Source: Phoronis australis
Taxonomy: Eukaryota; Animalia; Phoronida
Direction: 5' to 3'
Assembly (NCBI GenBank): GCA_002633005.1
Contig: NMRA01000240.1
Span: forward strand, 220,415-284,414
DNA: 64,000 bases
The translations under genes and the position numbers were made by a program. Positions 1-13,300 of the stretch are shown here, in pieces (the first letter of the stretch is position 1; each line of letters begins with the position of its first letter). The notes beneath the pieces are model-generated. The model made no database searches. It worked only from the letters and a program-made list of their open reading frames with translations, and was not told the origin of the DNA.

Positions 1-550
1 GGAAGTTTGTGGGTTTTCATGTTTTGAATTATCTCGCCCACCTTTCTTGTGTTCAGTATAAATATTCTGTTAGCTACTCTAGAATTCATATTGCTTGGAG
101 AGAGGCTGCTGCTTGCTTCAAAAATATCACAGATACCCAGCGTTGGTAAGAGACAACTTTGTTTCTTGATGTTTTACTATAAACTTTGACTTTAGAAACA
201 ACTATTCTCAGTTCTTTGATTATTTGATTAACTCATAGAAAGTGTTGTAATAGAAATTGTTGTAACTACAAGTTTCTGCTAACTATTGTTTGCCAAATTG
301 TGAGTTGATATAATATTATTAGATATGCAATTTTCTGTATTTTAGTATGGTGTATTTGCTACTTTAATTTGTATTAGATATTGTATTATCTTTATTAATT
401 GTTTCAGGTTTAACCGTATCGTTTCGTATCGTAAGATAGTAGATCGTATCTTATCGTATCGTATCTTATCGTATCATATCATAAATAAAGTTTTATGAGC
501 CAATGTTACGGTATTATTATTATACGCGTGTAAACCGCTGGGTCAACAAC
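1..550 (+). mobile_element. Possible 3' part of an LTR
   Basis: TATAAA at 57, GTAAG at 146, tttcag near 407, AATAAA near 484, ending in ...CAACAACA. No second copy in the window to confirm. Confidence 0.3.
416..480. repeat. Degenerate (CGTAT/CTTAT)n pentanucleotide repeat
   Basis: cgtatcgtttcgtatcgta...cgtatcttatcgtatcgtatcttatcgtatcatatc. Confidence 0.8.
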
Positions 551-1546
551 AACAACAAGAGAGACATCTAATGTGCGTGCGACTGTACGCTACATATATG
601 TTGATTGCTGTCTTGCTATTTTGCATGTTTATAAGCAAATTTAGCGGTTTATGTATTTAATCGAACCCCTGGCCGGGCTGGGCATGTCCTGGGCAAGACA
701 GAGTTGACGAACACAAGTGAGCGAAACGCTGCAAGATGCCAAAATGTCCTTTTCGGTTATTTTTTCTCTACACATCGTCACAATTTCAGCCAGAAACAAC
801 ATGACCTGCAACAAGCAGTGCAGATGAACGATAGCAGAATGCTCGATTGAAGTCGAACTTGCGCATTCGCATTTACATTTGCACATCGGATATTGAAAAT
901 TTCTTCCTTCGACGAACTTGAATGCGACGTATGAACGTACCCAGCACCAATGTGTAATGTCTACTAACACTCAAGTTTCTTGTACAATCTTGTGCTGTAT
1001 CCGTCTATCTTTGATTTTCTGCCTGAAACTGAAGAACGTAGCATGGACCAATACTAAGTTTTCAGTGTGTTATGTCAGTGAGTGGTCTCAGATTTGGAAG
1101 TCAGTTCCATGATTACAGTAGTTAACTTAAAGTGAAACGTTTAGAAAAAGTTGCACATGGCCAGATGTTGCTCGGGTTAACATTAAGTGCTCATTTTAGT
1201 ATTTCCGTACAATAAGATTTAATTTTGGTGTGGTCAATACAAACAAAAACTATGTAGATTATAATGCTATTGAATTGCTACTTTTTACCATTTAAATGGG
1301 ATCGGATGCCTCAAGTTCGTTTTTGGATGGAACTCTCCCCCTGCACAAGCAGAATGATTCGTTGATGCAGTTACCAACAAGAACACGCGGCGCTGTCTCA
1401 TGACGTTTTAAGAACAATCCTGTTAATAAATAACGTCGATGTAATTGCTAACCATTTGATACCCGTCTTATTGACTTTCAAATTTTCATACATGAGTTCA
1501 CAGTCAAATTGTTTTTGTAATACATGGTGATATTTTGTAATTTCAG

Positions 1547-1678
1547 TTGACGATACTGTTCCATGTCTAGGCGGTGGCAAAAAGTGTTTTACAAATGCTG
1601 GCTGTTTTGTCGACGAGAATGGTAAACGAGAATGCAAGTGTAAGAAGAATTATCTAAGGAGTGGAAACAAGTGTATAG
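1547..1678 (+). CDS. Multi-EGF/EB transmembrane gene, module exon 1 (DDTVPCLGGGKKCFTNAGCFVDENGKRECKCKKNYLRSGNKCI)
   Basis: Acceptor tttcag and donor gtacaa; 132 nt, phase 1-1, open frame, 6 Cys in C-x6-C-x5-C-x9-C-x-C-x10-C spacing. Translated by hand; not in the ORF track. Confidence 0.85.
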
Positions 1679-2526
1679 GTACAATCTAAGTGATTGCTTA
1701 GTAATCTTACTGTCACACGTCGTGTCGAAGCAGATATATATTCGAATTGCATTTATTATACCGCTGTCATGTGGCAATATACAGTGTACCAAGGTTTCAG
1801 AAGGCAAATCGAACGGCAATATTTTGTCGGAATCTATTTTGTTGAGTAAATGAAAAGGTAAGTAGTAGAATAATGTCTTTTATTAAGATGACAGAATTGA
1901 GTACCCTAGCTTCAACAGACAGGGATGATTAAGACATTCCTTACTAGTTGTTTGGAACCTGGCATTACGTGATAGGGCCAGGAAACTACATGTACTGTAT
2001 GACCCATGTGATGAAGGTTCAAGCAATCACGTTCGACTGACCAGTGATCCTCTTAGACGTTGAAACAAGAAACATTGCTTAAATTGGAAGATAAATCAGC
2101 AACAAATTTAAGTAACTACGATGCAAAATGTGATTTAAGAAATGGGAAAGAGTAAATTCTGGAAATGGAGGTACAAAGGTACACGTGATTGTGTTTGCGC
2201 TAACCAAAGGCAGATTGAGAAGGCTTGAATGAAAATGTCTGTACAAGCTGTTTCAGTTTGATGGATATTACTGTGCAGCTCCATTAACCGAAAATTGTAA
2301 CAAAAATTGTAACAGTAGATTTTTAAACAAACTGTCACAACTGAAGGATGGCTACAATTTGAGTAATTGTGACAGTTCATGGTCTTGCAACGCTACCATT
2401 GTTATTTTCAGACTCGGCTGTTGTTACGTCACGTGACTATTTGAATGTCCCAATGTAGGTCTACTGTATTCATGTTCTAAGATACTCTGATACATGCTTC
2501 ATTTTACCTATTTAATTGTATCTCAG

Positions 2527-2646
2527 CTTCAAGACGTATTACGTGTACAGACAATGCTGTATGTGCCTCGTTACCAGAAAGCGAATGCATCAGTAACAAG
2601 TGCACATGTAGAAAGGGGTGGGTGATGATAGAAGGAGAGTGCCGAG
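2527..2646 (+). CDS. Multi-EGF/EB gene, module exon 2 (SRRITCTDNAVCASLPESECISNKCTCRKGWVMIEGECR)
   Basis: Acceptor tctcag and donor gtaagt; 120 nt, phase 1-1, 6 Cys. Confidence 0.9.
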
Positions 2647-5600
2647 GTAAGTCTTCTATATGCTCCTGCTTATATAAGCGTCCAGTCGGAGATAATTCTG
2701 CAATGTAGTATGTCAAGGCTATACTAGCATGTGAGTTGTTTGCGGTGGTCCACGAAAGTATGATATTTATAGAAGTTGTATTGAACCTTTATTTCAGAGA
2801 CACGTCGCCACATTGACATGTAACTTGTCAGTCAATAAATATATACGAATAGGATATTAAGCTGCGAGTAAAATAGTCATCTAGCAAAATTCACATCAAT
2901 TTTGCCTGTCGAAACGTAATTTGCATTTGGTAGAAACGATGCCCAATGACACAAAGATAGTGCATATATGGGGAAGTAGTACTTTGAAACGATGGTGATG
3001 GGAATTTAGAAATCAGAGTGTTGCGGTCAAGGTGCATGTCTGGATTGGAAGGTATCGCAGTTTTGCCTCACCTCTTGTTTGGATTGAGTTAGTCAAAACA
3101 TAAACTCGTTGGTCCGTATGCTCCTATAAATATACACAATGAAAGTGAAGAGAGCGTGAGAATACAATTTACCTCCAGGGTTTTTGATTTTTGTTTGCGC
3201 CAGAAGTATATGAATTTTGCAACCCACGACGGTCATTACACAACAGAAAATGCGCACAAGCGGGACAAATACTCACTCAAATACCTGGTAACAGGACCAA
3301 ATACCTGTCCCGGTGGACTCCCATTGGAATTTGGTCCTGGATTGATCACCGGATATGGATCATTTCTCCTCTTTTGTGGACTTTGAGTGCCTTTTAATGA
3401 TTTTTACCACGCAATTCGTCGGATTAAGGGCGTGGTAGCAGAAATTTAGAGCCACTGTTCAATCATTAATGTTTGTGCAAACTAGTCCAAACACAATGTG
3501 ACAAGTTCACCTACTTAAACTTGGCGCAGCCTCGGAAGTCTTAAGAAACAAATCAAATCACAAATTAAATGAACTCATTGTAGTGGTTAGTCCTTTGAAA
3601 TCTGATCATGCAATACACTTTTTGACATTCAAACTTTCCTACCTAAGTCCATATTGAAATTGTGTTCTAATAAGCGATATTATGGGATTCGAACCATAAC
3701 CGTTTCTGTTCGGTAAAAAAGAAATTGCATTTGTATGTTACGGCACACGTAATCTCCCGCTCGACAAATAAAACACTGCAAGGACGTTTTGGATATTGCA
3801 GTGAACATTTCGTTCTTGAGTTTTGGCAGATTTGGCGCTTGTCAACCCAGTTGTCTCCTTTTTTCATTCCCGAATGGTGGCTGCTCATAGCTTTCTGAAG
3901 TAAAAAATGTGTTTCATGTTATTTGTGACGGCAACAGTCGAAAATCCCGCACGAAAACATGAGTGTCGGCTTACTCTGCACTTGTATTTCAAATATATGC
4001 TCGTAAAAACTGACGACGAAAGAAAACGCCGTTCGTAGGGAAAATGTATGTACCAGTGAGCCCAATTATTTAATCCTCTTCTTTCTTTTCCCACTCGTAT
4101 TTTCAGAGATCACCGGATCGATAGTGGCCGGAGACATCGTCTTGTTAGTGCCTACAGTAGTACAATTCAGTATTACCGAGTTCTTGAAATTGACACTCGC
4201 TTACCATCTAAACTCCACCAGAGCCTTTCATGCTAATCAATGCTTTTTTCTCATAGTTTTGAAAGCCAAATAATGGCCTGGTTCTCACCTCATACAAGCA
4301 GAAAGCACAGGTGCTCTCAACGTGACAGTGCGGGTGACCTATTTTTTCATATCTACTTGACGTACCCAGTGCCGCAGCAAACTAAACGTTTTTATTTGAT
4401 GCAAAATCAGTTACTGCGTACGCAACCATCATCATGTAATATATGACTTACAACAAAAACAAAGTGAGACAGCGACTGATGTTTGTTGAGTCGCCATGTT
4501 TGTTCTAACTCCACAGCTAACCGTTAGGTGGTTGCAATACACAATAGAACATCGGCCATAATATGAATTACCTCTCAACGTTCAAAACATACTGAACCTC
4601 TCAACATAAACATAGAGTCCATAATACAGATGAGAATCCAGTCCGTTTGCTAGGAAGTTTAGTTATCCAAGAGATGGTCTAGCATAATGCAAGTGTCTTA
4701 TTCGATTGATTTATTCGGGTTAAATGTCACCTTCGTCCTGAGGTCCTCCTCGCGTCACTGATTTTTCCCAGGGTGGAAATGATAGCCACAAACATAGCAT
4801 ACTCGTATTTCGTGCCAAGAACACCTCAATTTCGGTACTGGTTCGTGGAAACAAATGACTAGTGCTTTGAATGCACACATTCAAAAAACCACTAATTAAA
4901 GAGACTTTGTGAATTAAACAATAGTCATTTTCTCAGTGATTTTTTTCCCAAACTCAATATTGATAACAGAAAAAGTGAAATTTTATAACTGGGATGTTGG
5001 TTGTTTTCACTGGGGGTAAAATATAGTGTCACCACGGTCGTAGCTTTTACGCCAACCTCCGCGGCCGCAACGACCATTTCACGCATGGTGTCATCATCGG
5101 CAAGGCAGTAACAGTCATATTTAATTTTTAATTTATATATTTGTGTATAATAATTGTATATAGATTCCTTTGTATTCACTTAACCCAGATGTAATGCCTC
5201 TCGGCGCTCTCTGGGCTATGTATATCCAGTGTATTGAAGATTTCGTAATAAACATTAAAATGGGTCACTGAGTGCACAAAATTTGGCATTTAGATTTTTC
5301 AAGTAGCCTGCTTCACAAAGGCGACTATTTTATAATTATTATTATCAACACATTTTTTAAGATATCAAATCGTGTAAAGTCAAAACATTTCACAGAGTTT
5401 GTGTTAGTGAATAAGATATTGAGGACATCATAGGGCGTCAAGGGACCAGAATTAAATTCATCATCACTACAGCACAGAATCTCAAATCTTGGCAATGCGA
5501 AGTATTGGTCAAAATAGAAATTCGCTGGGCACAAAGTATGAACACTGTAGGTTTCTATGAAAGTAGTCACCCAATAGCAGATCTTTCGCAAGCAAATTCA

Positions 5601-6471
5601 CCAATACAAATACTGCATAATGACTCAAGACTGTAAGTATAATACCATGCTGAGCGTCTACATGTATAACAAGTAACAAATACGAAAGTTATATTCAAAC
5701 ATGAGACTAATTGGTGAGTATGACATAGAATACTAATCAAACAGAACAAAAGAAATAATAATACACAGCAGGGCAAGGGTACTGCAAAAGAAGGAACACA
5801 TGTACTACCTACCGAATGGTAGACGAGGTCCTAACCAGTTGACCAAAATGCAGTGAAGACTAGGTATTGTAAAGCAAGGTGAAAACTCATGTCTACAATT
5901 ATCAAGATGATAAACATCCAAATTCAACGATTGTCATGTGTAGGTTGAAAGTACTCCAGTGATCATTAGGCTGGTGATTAAATGAAGAAATGAATAAGTA
6001 CATAGAAATTCTGTCTTTTAAACAGGTTAAGAAACCTTGATTTAGTCAGAAACCAACAACCACATCTGCCAAATGATCATCCATAAACCATTAAGTTATG
6101 TTTAAGTATTATGTTAATGCACCACTGAAGAAAGGAACTCCAGACTTTTATAGTTAATATATTTTCACATATGTTTGGAATTGTAAGTAACGGTAATCTT
6201 GCATAATACTGACTGAGATAACAAATTTCGGTGAGATAGAACCAAAACGAAATAATTGACATTACGAATTAGTTATTTTTAAATATATCAACTAGTACGC
6301 GAAGGGTTGCATTGATGGTTGTTGTTTTAGTTTTATTTTTCTCATTTTGACTACATTCTTGCTCTTAGAATTGAGAAATTATGTGTCCAACTTATCTGAT
6401 ATCCAAACTTATCTTATATAGTATGAAGGATCTGGAAACCGACCCATTGACCTCTGCGATTGGTTTTACAG

Positions 6472-6603
6472 ACGAAAAGGTCTCCCCTGCCCATTGTTAC
6501 CTAGGTGGCATGTGGTGTAGCGCTCTCAACTCGTATTGCTTAAAAGGCATGGATATATGTAGCTGCTTAGATGGCCAATTTATGTTCAGAAGAGCTTGCA
6601 TAC
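6472..6603 (+). CDS. Multi-EGF/EB gene, module exon 3 (EKVSPAHCYLGGMWCSALNSYCLKGMDICSCLDGQFMFRRACI)
   Basis: Acceptor ttttacag and donor gtaagt; 132 nt, phase 1-1, 6 Cys; lies within ORF 6381..6647. Confidence 0.9.
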
Positions 6604-7331
6604 GTAAGTTTGCAAACACTTTATTTTTACTGCTATATGCCAACTAGATTGTCGTTCATTTTCACTGAAAATCTGCTGTCGTGTAATAAAAGTTTCTGAA
6701 CTTGTCCTGATCTTTATGTTACATTTTGTGATAACTCAGTGTAAGAGTTTTGAGCATTACAATTCACCATGAGTAAATGTTTTTAAAGTCCATCGCCATA
6801 GCACTGTTGCGGGTGTAGTGTGATGCAAAAAACTGAAATTCTTTCAGAATCCACTCTGCGTCGTGGCGCTCCTACTAAGTCGGATAGGCGCTCGTTCCAA
6901 GAGAACTTGAAACAAATCACAAATTTCAGTAAATTTTCAGATAAAACTTAAATTTGCTCCGTTTCAGGAAAGAAAGTTTGGATTAAGTTTTTACTTAAGT
7001 TTTGACTAACTTACCACATGTAGAAGTTTCAAAATTTGGAGGTCGAGGCAAGTTTTAGACTTAAGTCAGTTTCTTTGAACGGGAGCCAAGTCTGCGCACC
7101 AATCCTGCCCAAGGTCGGAGATAACCCTTCGTATTTCGATCGCTCTTGGTTTAGTTAAAGGACAAAGAATGTTTTTGTTGCAAGTACGAACAACCATTTG
7201 ACGACTGCTATTGCCACCAACTTTCGACTTTGTTGCAGAACAGCTCGAATCGAATCTGTATATTATAATGCTAGTGTTTGCAAGAACTAGTCCGTGTTGG
7301 CCTCAGTCAACCCCAGCCTGCTGAAGACCAG

Positions 7332-8545
7332 TGTCAGGATAAATGTTGATTACGTACTAAGTACAGTTAGTTCCATTCAAGTTGCTACTTAAAAAAACAT
7401 GGGACTAAACTTGTTAACTTGAACGTTTGATATCTATATATTTTTAGATATTGTTTCCCGGTTTTGCTGTGGGGTCACTGTACTATGAAGATTCTAGAAA
7501 TTTCTGAAATCTGATCATAAGAAAAAACGATAAGATTAGATAAGAGGATTGGTTTTAGCCAATCGTTAAGTAAGTGCATTAATATGATTTTGGCAGAACT
7601 TTGGACAATAGCCAGGTGGAATTGCTTTAGTGTACTGAAGAAATAGTACATCAGAGCCATATCGTGGACAATTCTGAAGAGGATCTTGGCAAGGGAAAGT
7701 ATGAACGAACAGGAAGTTAACTAAGAGCTTGTCACTTCCATCGTCGGTTGTAAGATACTGCTAACATATGTTACGTCACGAGCGACTGTGACCATTAGAA
7801 GAATCGTAGGTAGTGAGATACTGTCTACAGATGCTGCGTCAGGACGGACTGTGACCATCCAGCCAGTGTAGTGTATCGTGAGTAGAATGATTCCACAAGT
7901 TTTGCGTTGTGTCACGAAGGACTGTGATCGGCAAGAGTAATCGTGGGTAACAAACGTAGTGTATCGTGAAAAGAGTGATAATACAAATTTGTATTGCGTC
8001 ACTAGAGGCTCTGACCAGCAAGAGTAATCATGGGCAGTCGGGTACTACCTATGGATGTACGTGTTGCGTCACGAAGGACTGAGACTAGCAACAGGAATGG
8101 TGTGCAGTCGGATACTGCCTAGACGTGTCGTTGCGTTACGAGGGACTGTGCCAGCGTAGTGTATCCGGTGAGCAGAGCGGTACTACAGATTTGTGTTTCG
8201 TCACGAAAAACTGTGACCAGCAAGTACACTGCCACCGTACAGAGTGTTTCATTACGAAGATCAACCAAAAGGACTGTCAACAAACGAGTGTCGAGTTCTG
8301 CTGCTTGGATAGCAGATACGACGTTCGATAATTTATGGTTCGTAATTGGTGGAGAGTAGCCTTGTAGAGGGCTAGCATAGTTACTCATCTCCGTGTTTAG
8401 TTTACTTAATTAACAACAGGTTTCACTAGCATTAGTTATTGACCATTAAATGTTAAATAAATTTTTTGGTTTAACCATTCTCTTTCCATCCACGCACAAG
8501 CTCAAAGAATAGCTAACTTACTAAACCCACAATCAACATTTGATA
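7332..8545. mobile_element. Solo LTR (older copy) with internal hairpin-repeat array
   Basis: Starts TGTCAGGATAAATGTTGATTA and ends TTTGATA; homologous over much of its length to 27819-28717; flanks ACCAG/ATCTG look like a decayed 5-bp TSD. Confidence 0.75.
7770..8224. repeat. Seven copies of an approximately 28-nt core GTTGCGTCACGAAGGACTGTGACCAGCA with variable linkers
   Basis: Cores begin near 7770, 7833, 7906, 7993, 8063, 8130 and 8195 (period 63-87 nt). Confidence 0.85.
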
Positions 8546-10154
8546 ATCTGCTTGTTTAAGAAATGAGTTCAACGTTAAAGCCGAAATTATAACTCTTTTC
8601 TTAAAAGGCATAATAGACAGTGAGTCTTAATTGAGACCAATTTACTCTTACTCATTGGTTAAAAATGAACTCTGAAAGTAAATCTGATTTACTTTTTGAT
8701 CACCTAAGGAATTTCTGGCAAATCACATGAGACACTCGTCAGTGGCGGGATGGTCGGCAACACAACTCAGTTTTTGATCAGACGGCGACTCAATTTGTTG
8801 GAAACGATACAAACACTGTTACCGGGACCCTAAATCCAATGTTTGAGTTCTTGTAACCCTATTTCAAAGTCAAGAGATTGAGTCCTCAGTAGTAGCTTTT
8901 ATAACAGGTGATCAGAGATGATAGCAAGAACGGATTGGTCGTGAGGGTGAAATATGGAAACGTCTCTTATAGGGGTTTGCAAGCCATGATGTGTTTTAAT
9001 GACTGGGTTACTCACGAAAATGACACACAAACATTTATTGTATACATGTACTTCTTAACCACTTCACTGTACAGCGACATCATGGGTGGTTCACTTGGCA
9101 ACATGGATTGATCGACCAATACAGTTTTATTTCTTTGGTCGGACGGCCAGAATTAACTGTGGTTCAGAAACAAAGCATAACTGGGCCGCTAGATCCAAGG
9201 TTTCGCTCTTTGCCGGCAACCTAATGCGACAGCGTTAGGTTCCATCTCTAGTTCTATCAGTTAATAACTCTACAAGCTTTTGATTTTTAATAATTACTTT
9301 TATACACAGTGTTGAATGTAGTGCCGACGACACGCTTATATTAATGGTATTGGTGAAAACTCCGCTAATAGTTATTTGGTACTCAGCTGATCACGTGCCA
9401 CGAGCTGACACAATTGTGAATATGAGCAGTAATCTATGCGAATAAATGTACCTTCTTATAAGAAGTTAACGAAATCGAAGATAAAGATAACGAACGCTTT
9501 CCTGACAGACGCCGTTGATCAGCTGTCGAAAATCGTAGTGCTTAAGACACCGACACACTTGTGGGTGGAGGCCACGTGGCAAATTTCTGCGGTGATGTTT
9601 TGGTGATTTTGACCAATCTTCGTTCCGCCACTTGCTAATGCATCATTGGAGTTCCACTTGAGTGATAAATGGAGGACTCAACTGAAAACTCACACTCTCT
9701 GGGTCACATAGTGTGCAGTATGATTCTTGGCAGCTGGTCTTTCCCTACAAGTGTTGTGAAACTCGCTTAAAGTGTACGACACTCTTTATTTCTCTGCAGC
9801 AGACTTTTTCAAATTTTGCTCCAAACTCTTGAGAGTTATCGAGGGTAACTGTGCATTATTTTGTTTCAGATAATTGGATGGGAAAGTCGTTTTAGTTTCT
9901 GTAGGCCAAAACCGTGTTTTGTATCCTTTTAAACGTGTTTGACATCAAAGTGACATCAACGAGAATCCAGTTGATAATGAAGAATTGCATAACAAACCGT
10001 GGTTTACTAAATGCTTTGACTCGCATTCACGAAAAAAATACGTTGGTATATTCCATGTGTATTCAGTGATTGAATTGAGGATACGGAACTGTAATCGTAA
10101 AATGTGAATTTCGACTGTTATTTCCATGTTGTGCTTGCTCGAATATTTGCTTTC

Positions 10155-10282
10155 TGTAGTGTTGTGGCTACTCACTGTGTAGCGCAGGAGTAGTGGTATC
10201 CAAGATGGCAAATAGTAGTAGTAGTTCACTGTTAGTTCAATCTGGTATTTTAATCGGTCTATTAAGTAAATAAAACAGTACA
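10155..10282 (+). repeat. Gypsy 5' LTR (128 bp)
   Basis: Direct repeat of 14486-14598 with a net 15-nt indel and few substitutions; TG...CA ends. Confidence 0.95.
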
Positions 10283-10285
10283 ATC

Positions 10286-10298
10286 TGGCGACGAGGAT
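10286..10298 (+). promoter_or_regulatory. Primer-binding site, tRNA-Ser(GCU) type
   Basis: TGGCGACGAGGAT is complementary to ...AUCCUCGUCGCCA, the metazoan tRNA-Ser(GCU) 3' end, and sits 3 nt after the LTR. Confidence 0.8.
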
Positions 10299-10354
10299 AC
10301 GGAACTTTTCTGTTTAGTGGTTTGAGTTTGTTGTATGGTGGTTATTGATGGACG

Positions 10355-13300
10355 ATGGCTGCACTGAACATTGAGTTAAATCCGTTGCCTCAATTCGACG
10401 TGTCCGGGGAGGCATCCGCCGTTGGCTCTCGTTGGAAACGATGGAGGAAGGCGTTCACCTTCTTTGTTGAAGGAAAATGTGTTACAAACGTAAACCAAAA
10501 ACGGTCTTTGTTGTTGCATATGGCTGACATGGATGTACAGGACATCTTCGAAGGACTCCCTGAGGTAGCACCGGCCGAAGGGGAAGAGGACACTGTTTAT
10601 ACAGCAGCCCTGCGTAGACTAGATTCCTACTTTTTGCCAAAACTGAACGCTCCGTATGAGCGCTACGTTTTTCGTACGATGAAACAAGGTTCGGAGAACA
10701 TTGATCAGTATGCTGCAAGGCTAAAGCGACAAGCTTTAAATTGCGAATTTGGTTCAGAAGCGGAAAGGGATGAACGAATTCGAGATCAGGTAATAGATTG
10801 TTGCAAATCAAGTCAGTTGAAGCGAAAACTGCTACAACAAGGTCACACCTTAACATTGAGTGAATTATTAGACATAGCCAGAGCCCTGGAGGCGGTAAAC
10901 GAGCAAACCAAACTGATGGAAAAACCATCTAGTCAGTCTGAAGGTTTTTCGGGTGAACAATAAACCTCAAAAACCAAAAGGGACGTGTTTTAGATGTGGT
11001 CAATTGGGGCATTATGTCAAGGACGCGTCATAACCTGCTCGTGACGCAGTGTGTGACAAATGCAATTTGAAGGGCCACTTTTCTAACGTATGTCGCACTA
11101 AAAATGTGAAACGTGACAAAGGAAAATCTCAGGATCATTCAAGGGGCGCGAAACCAAAAAAGAGTAGTCGTTCTAAGCTCGGGAACGTGGATTTCTGTGC
11201 CGAGAAATCTGACGAGTCTGACTATACATTTTCTGTTGGAATTGATGAAATGGACATGGAAGCTACCATTCACTTTAATGTAGGGGGTGTATTAGTCCCT
11301 ATGTTAATCGACTCTGGATATACCGCGAATATTGTCGGCAGTAAAACATGGTCTTACTTGAAAAACAGAGGATAAAGTGCGTAACCTCGGAAAGCACCAA
11401 ACGACTGTACCCATAGGTGCATCTAACCCGCTAAATTTACTGGGACGCTTTACGGCAACAGTGGAGATTGGTGATCGCGCGGTAGAAGCGGAATTCATTG
11501 TGACCAGAGGAGAGGGACGTTCCTTCATGAGTCGGGAAACTGCAATGAAGTTAGGGGTGTTGAAAATCGGCGTTAATGTGAATGCGATTAATGGTGACGG
11601 AAAACTGACCAAGGAGGATATAAAAGTTCAATACAGTGATGCTTGCCATGGTATTAGGAAATTACGTGGCTATAAAGCCGAAATTCACATTGATAAATCA
11701 GTCAAACCCATTGCACAAACCCCAACGCCGCATTCCGTTTGCCATTAGACGCAAATTGGATGCAAAACTCGCGGAATTGTTAGAAGCAAACATAATCGAA
11801 CCAGTTGACGGTCCTACCCCATGGGTATCGCCCCTTGTTGTTATTCCGAAACAGTCTGGTGGTGAGATCCGTGTTTGCATCGACATGCGTATGGCGAACA
11901 CAGCTGTTGTCAGAACACGATATCCGATACCCACAGTCGATGAGGTCATTCACCGTATGAATGGCAGCACGATATTTAGCAAATTGGATTTGAAGAGTGG
12001 GTTCCATCAAATCGAATTGGCAGAGAAATCGAGGGAGATAACGACATTCTCCTGTCACAAAGGAACTTTTCGTTATAAGCGGTTGATTATGGGGATAAGT
12101 TCCGCCCCGGAATTATTCCAACATCCAACAGTCATTAGCTGGCTGTGACGGAGTGGAAAATATGTCTGATGACTTAAGTGTACATGGCAACGGTCAAGCT
12201 GAACACGATGCGCGGTTACATAAGGTTATGCAGAAACTGGTGGAAAAAGGACTCCCAATAAATATTGACAAGTGTTTAATCGGTGCCAGTGAAGTCGAGT
12301 ATGTTGGCCACAGGATGAATTCGCGTGGAATCAGTCCCACTGCATTTCGTGTAGAAAGCATAAAACGCGCAAGGAAACCTGAATCAGCTTCAGAAGTCCG
12401 TAGTTTTCTCCGACTAGTGACATTTTCTGCACCATTTATTCCAAATCTAGCTACTATTGCTGAACCCCTGCGCAAACTGACACGCCACGGAGAAAAATTT
12501 AATTTGGGGTCGTAAACAAGACGAGGCGTTCAACAAGCTGAAAAATGCCTTATGTGACGCAAAAACATTGGCATATTTTGTACCGGGAGCCAAAACGGAA
12601 GTAATAGTTGATGCCAGTCCTATCGGACTTGGAGCAATTTTGTCACAGACTTTCAACGGACAGAAACGGGTGATTTGTTATGGTAGTCGTAGTCTATCTC
12701 GCGTTTAGCGGAAGTATTCACAGACGGAGAAGTAGGCGCTCGGTATTGTGTGGGCGTGCGAGCGTTTTCATGGATTCTTGTATGGGACTCATTTTGAAAT
12801 TGTGACTGATCATAATTAAGCCTTTGATCCACATTTATTCGCCAAAGTCGAAACCGTCAGCGTGTATAGAGCGATGGGCATTGCGTCTACAACCCTATTA
12901 TTTTTCAGTTCGGCATATACCCGGAAGGGAAATGGCCGCGGATGCTTTGTTGAGACTGATGGGTGATGATGCCTGTAAAGTCAGTGATGATGAAGACGAA
13001 TATGTGCGATGGATTGCGCGCGAAGCCACACCAAACGTTTTGTCAACGAGAGACATTGAGCGTGAATCCGCACGAGATAAAGAACTTGAAACTGTTCGTG
13101 GCTGTATTTTGGAGGATCGATTGGATCAGTGCCCAATTGCATATAAGCATGCCAGAAACGAACTGTGCGTCGTTGGAAAACTAGTTTTAAGAGGGTGCCG
13201 CATTGTTATTCCGCACAGTTTGAGAAACCAGGTCGCACAATTAGCTCATGAAGGGTACCCCGGAATAGTTAGAACGACTGAGGAGCGTGCACGATCGAAA

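Noticed and set aside
57-150. TATA, Inr and non-coding first exon (donor GTAAG at 146) of the EGF gene
   Set aside because: The same signals followed by an acceptor, AATAAA and a CA end fit an LTR equally well, and no linked ATG/signal-peptide exon was established.
572-660. Short hydrophobic ORF MCVRLYATYMLIAVLLFCMFISKFSG as the signal-peptide exon
   Set aside because: The only suitable phase-1 donor is weak (gtttat), and such hydrophobic ORFs are common in T-rich DNA. Cannot be excluded without RNA data.
7770-8224. CRISPR array
   Set aside because: Repeats are degenerate, linkers are uneven and related to each other, there are no cas genes, and the array lies inside a eukaryotic LTR that has a second copy.
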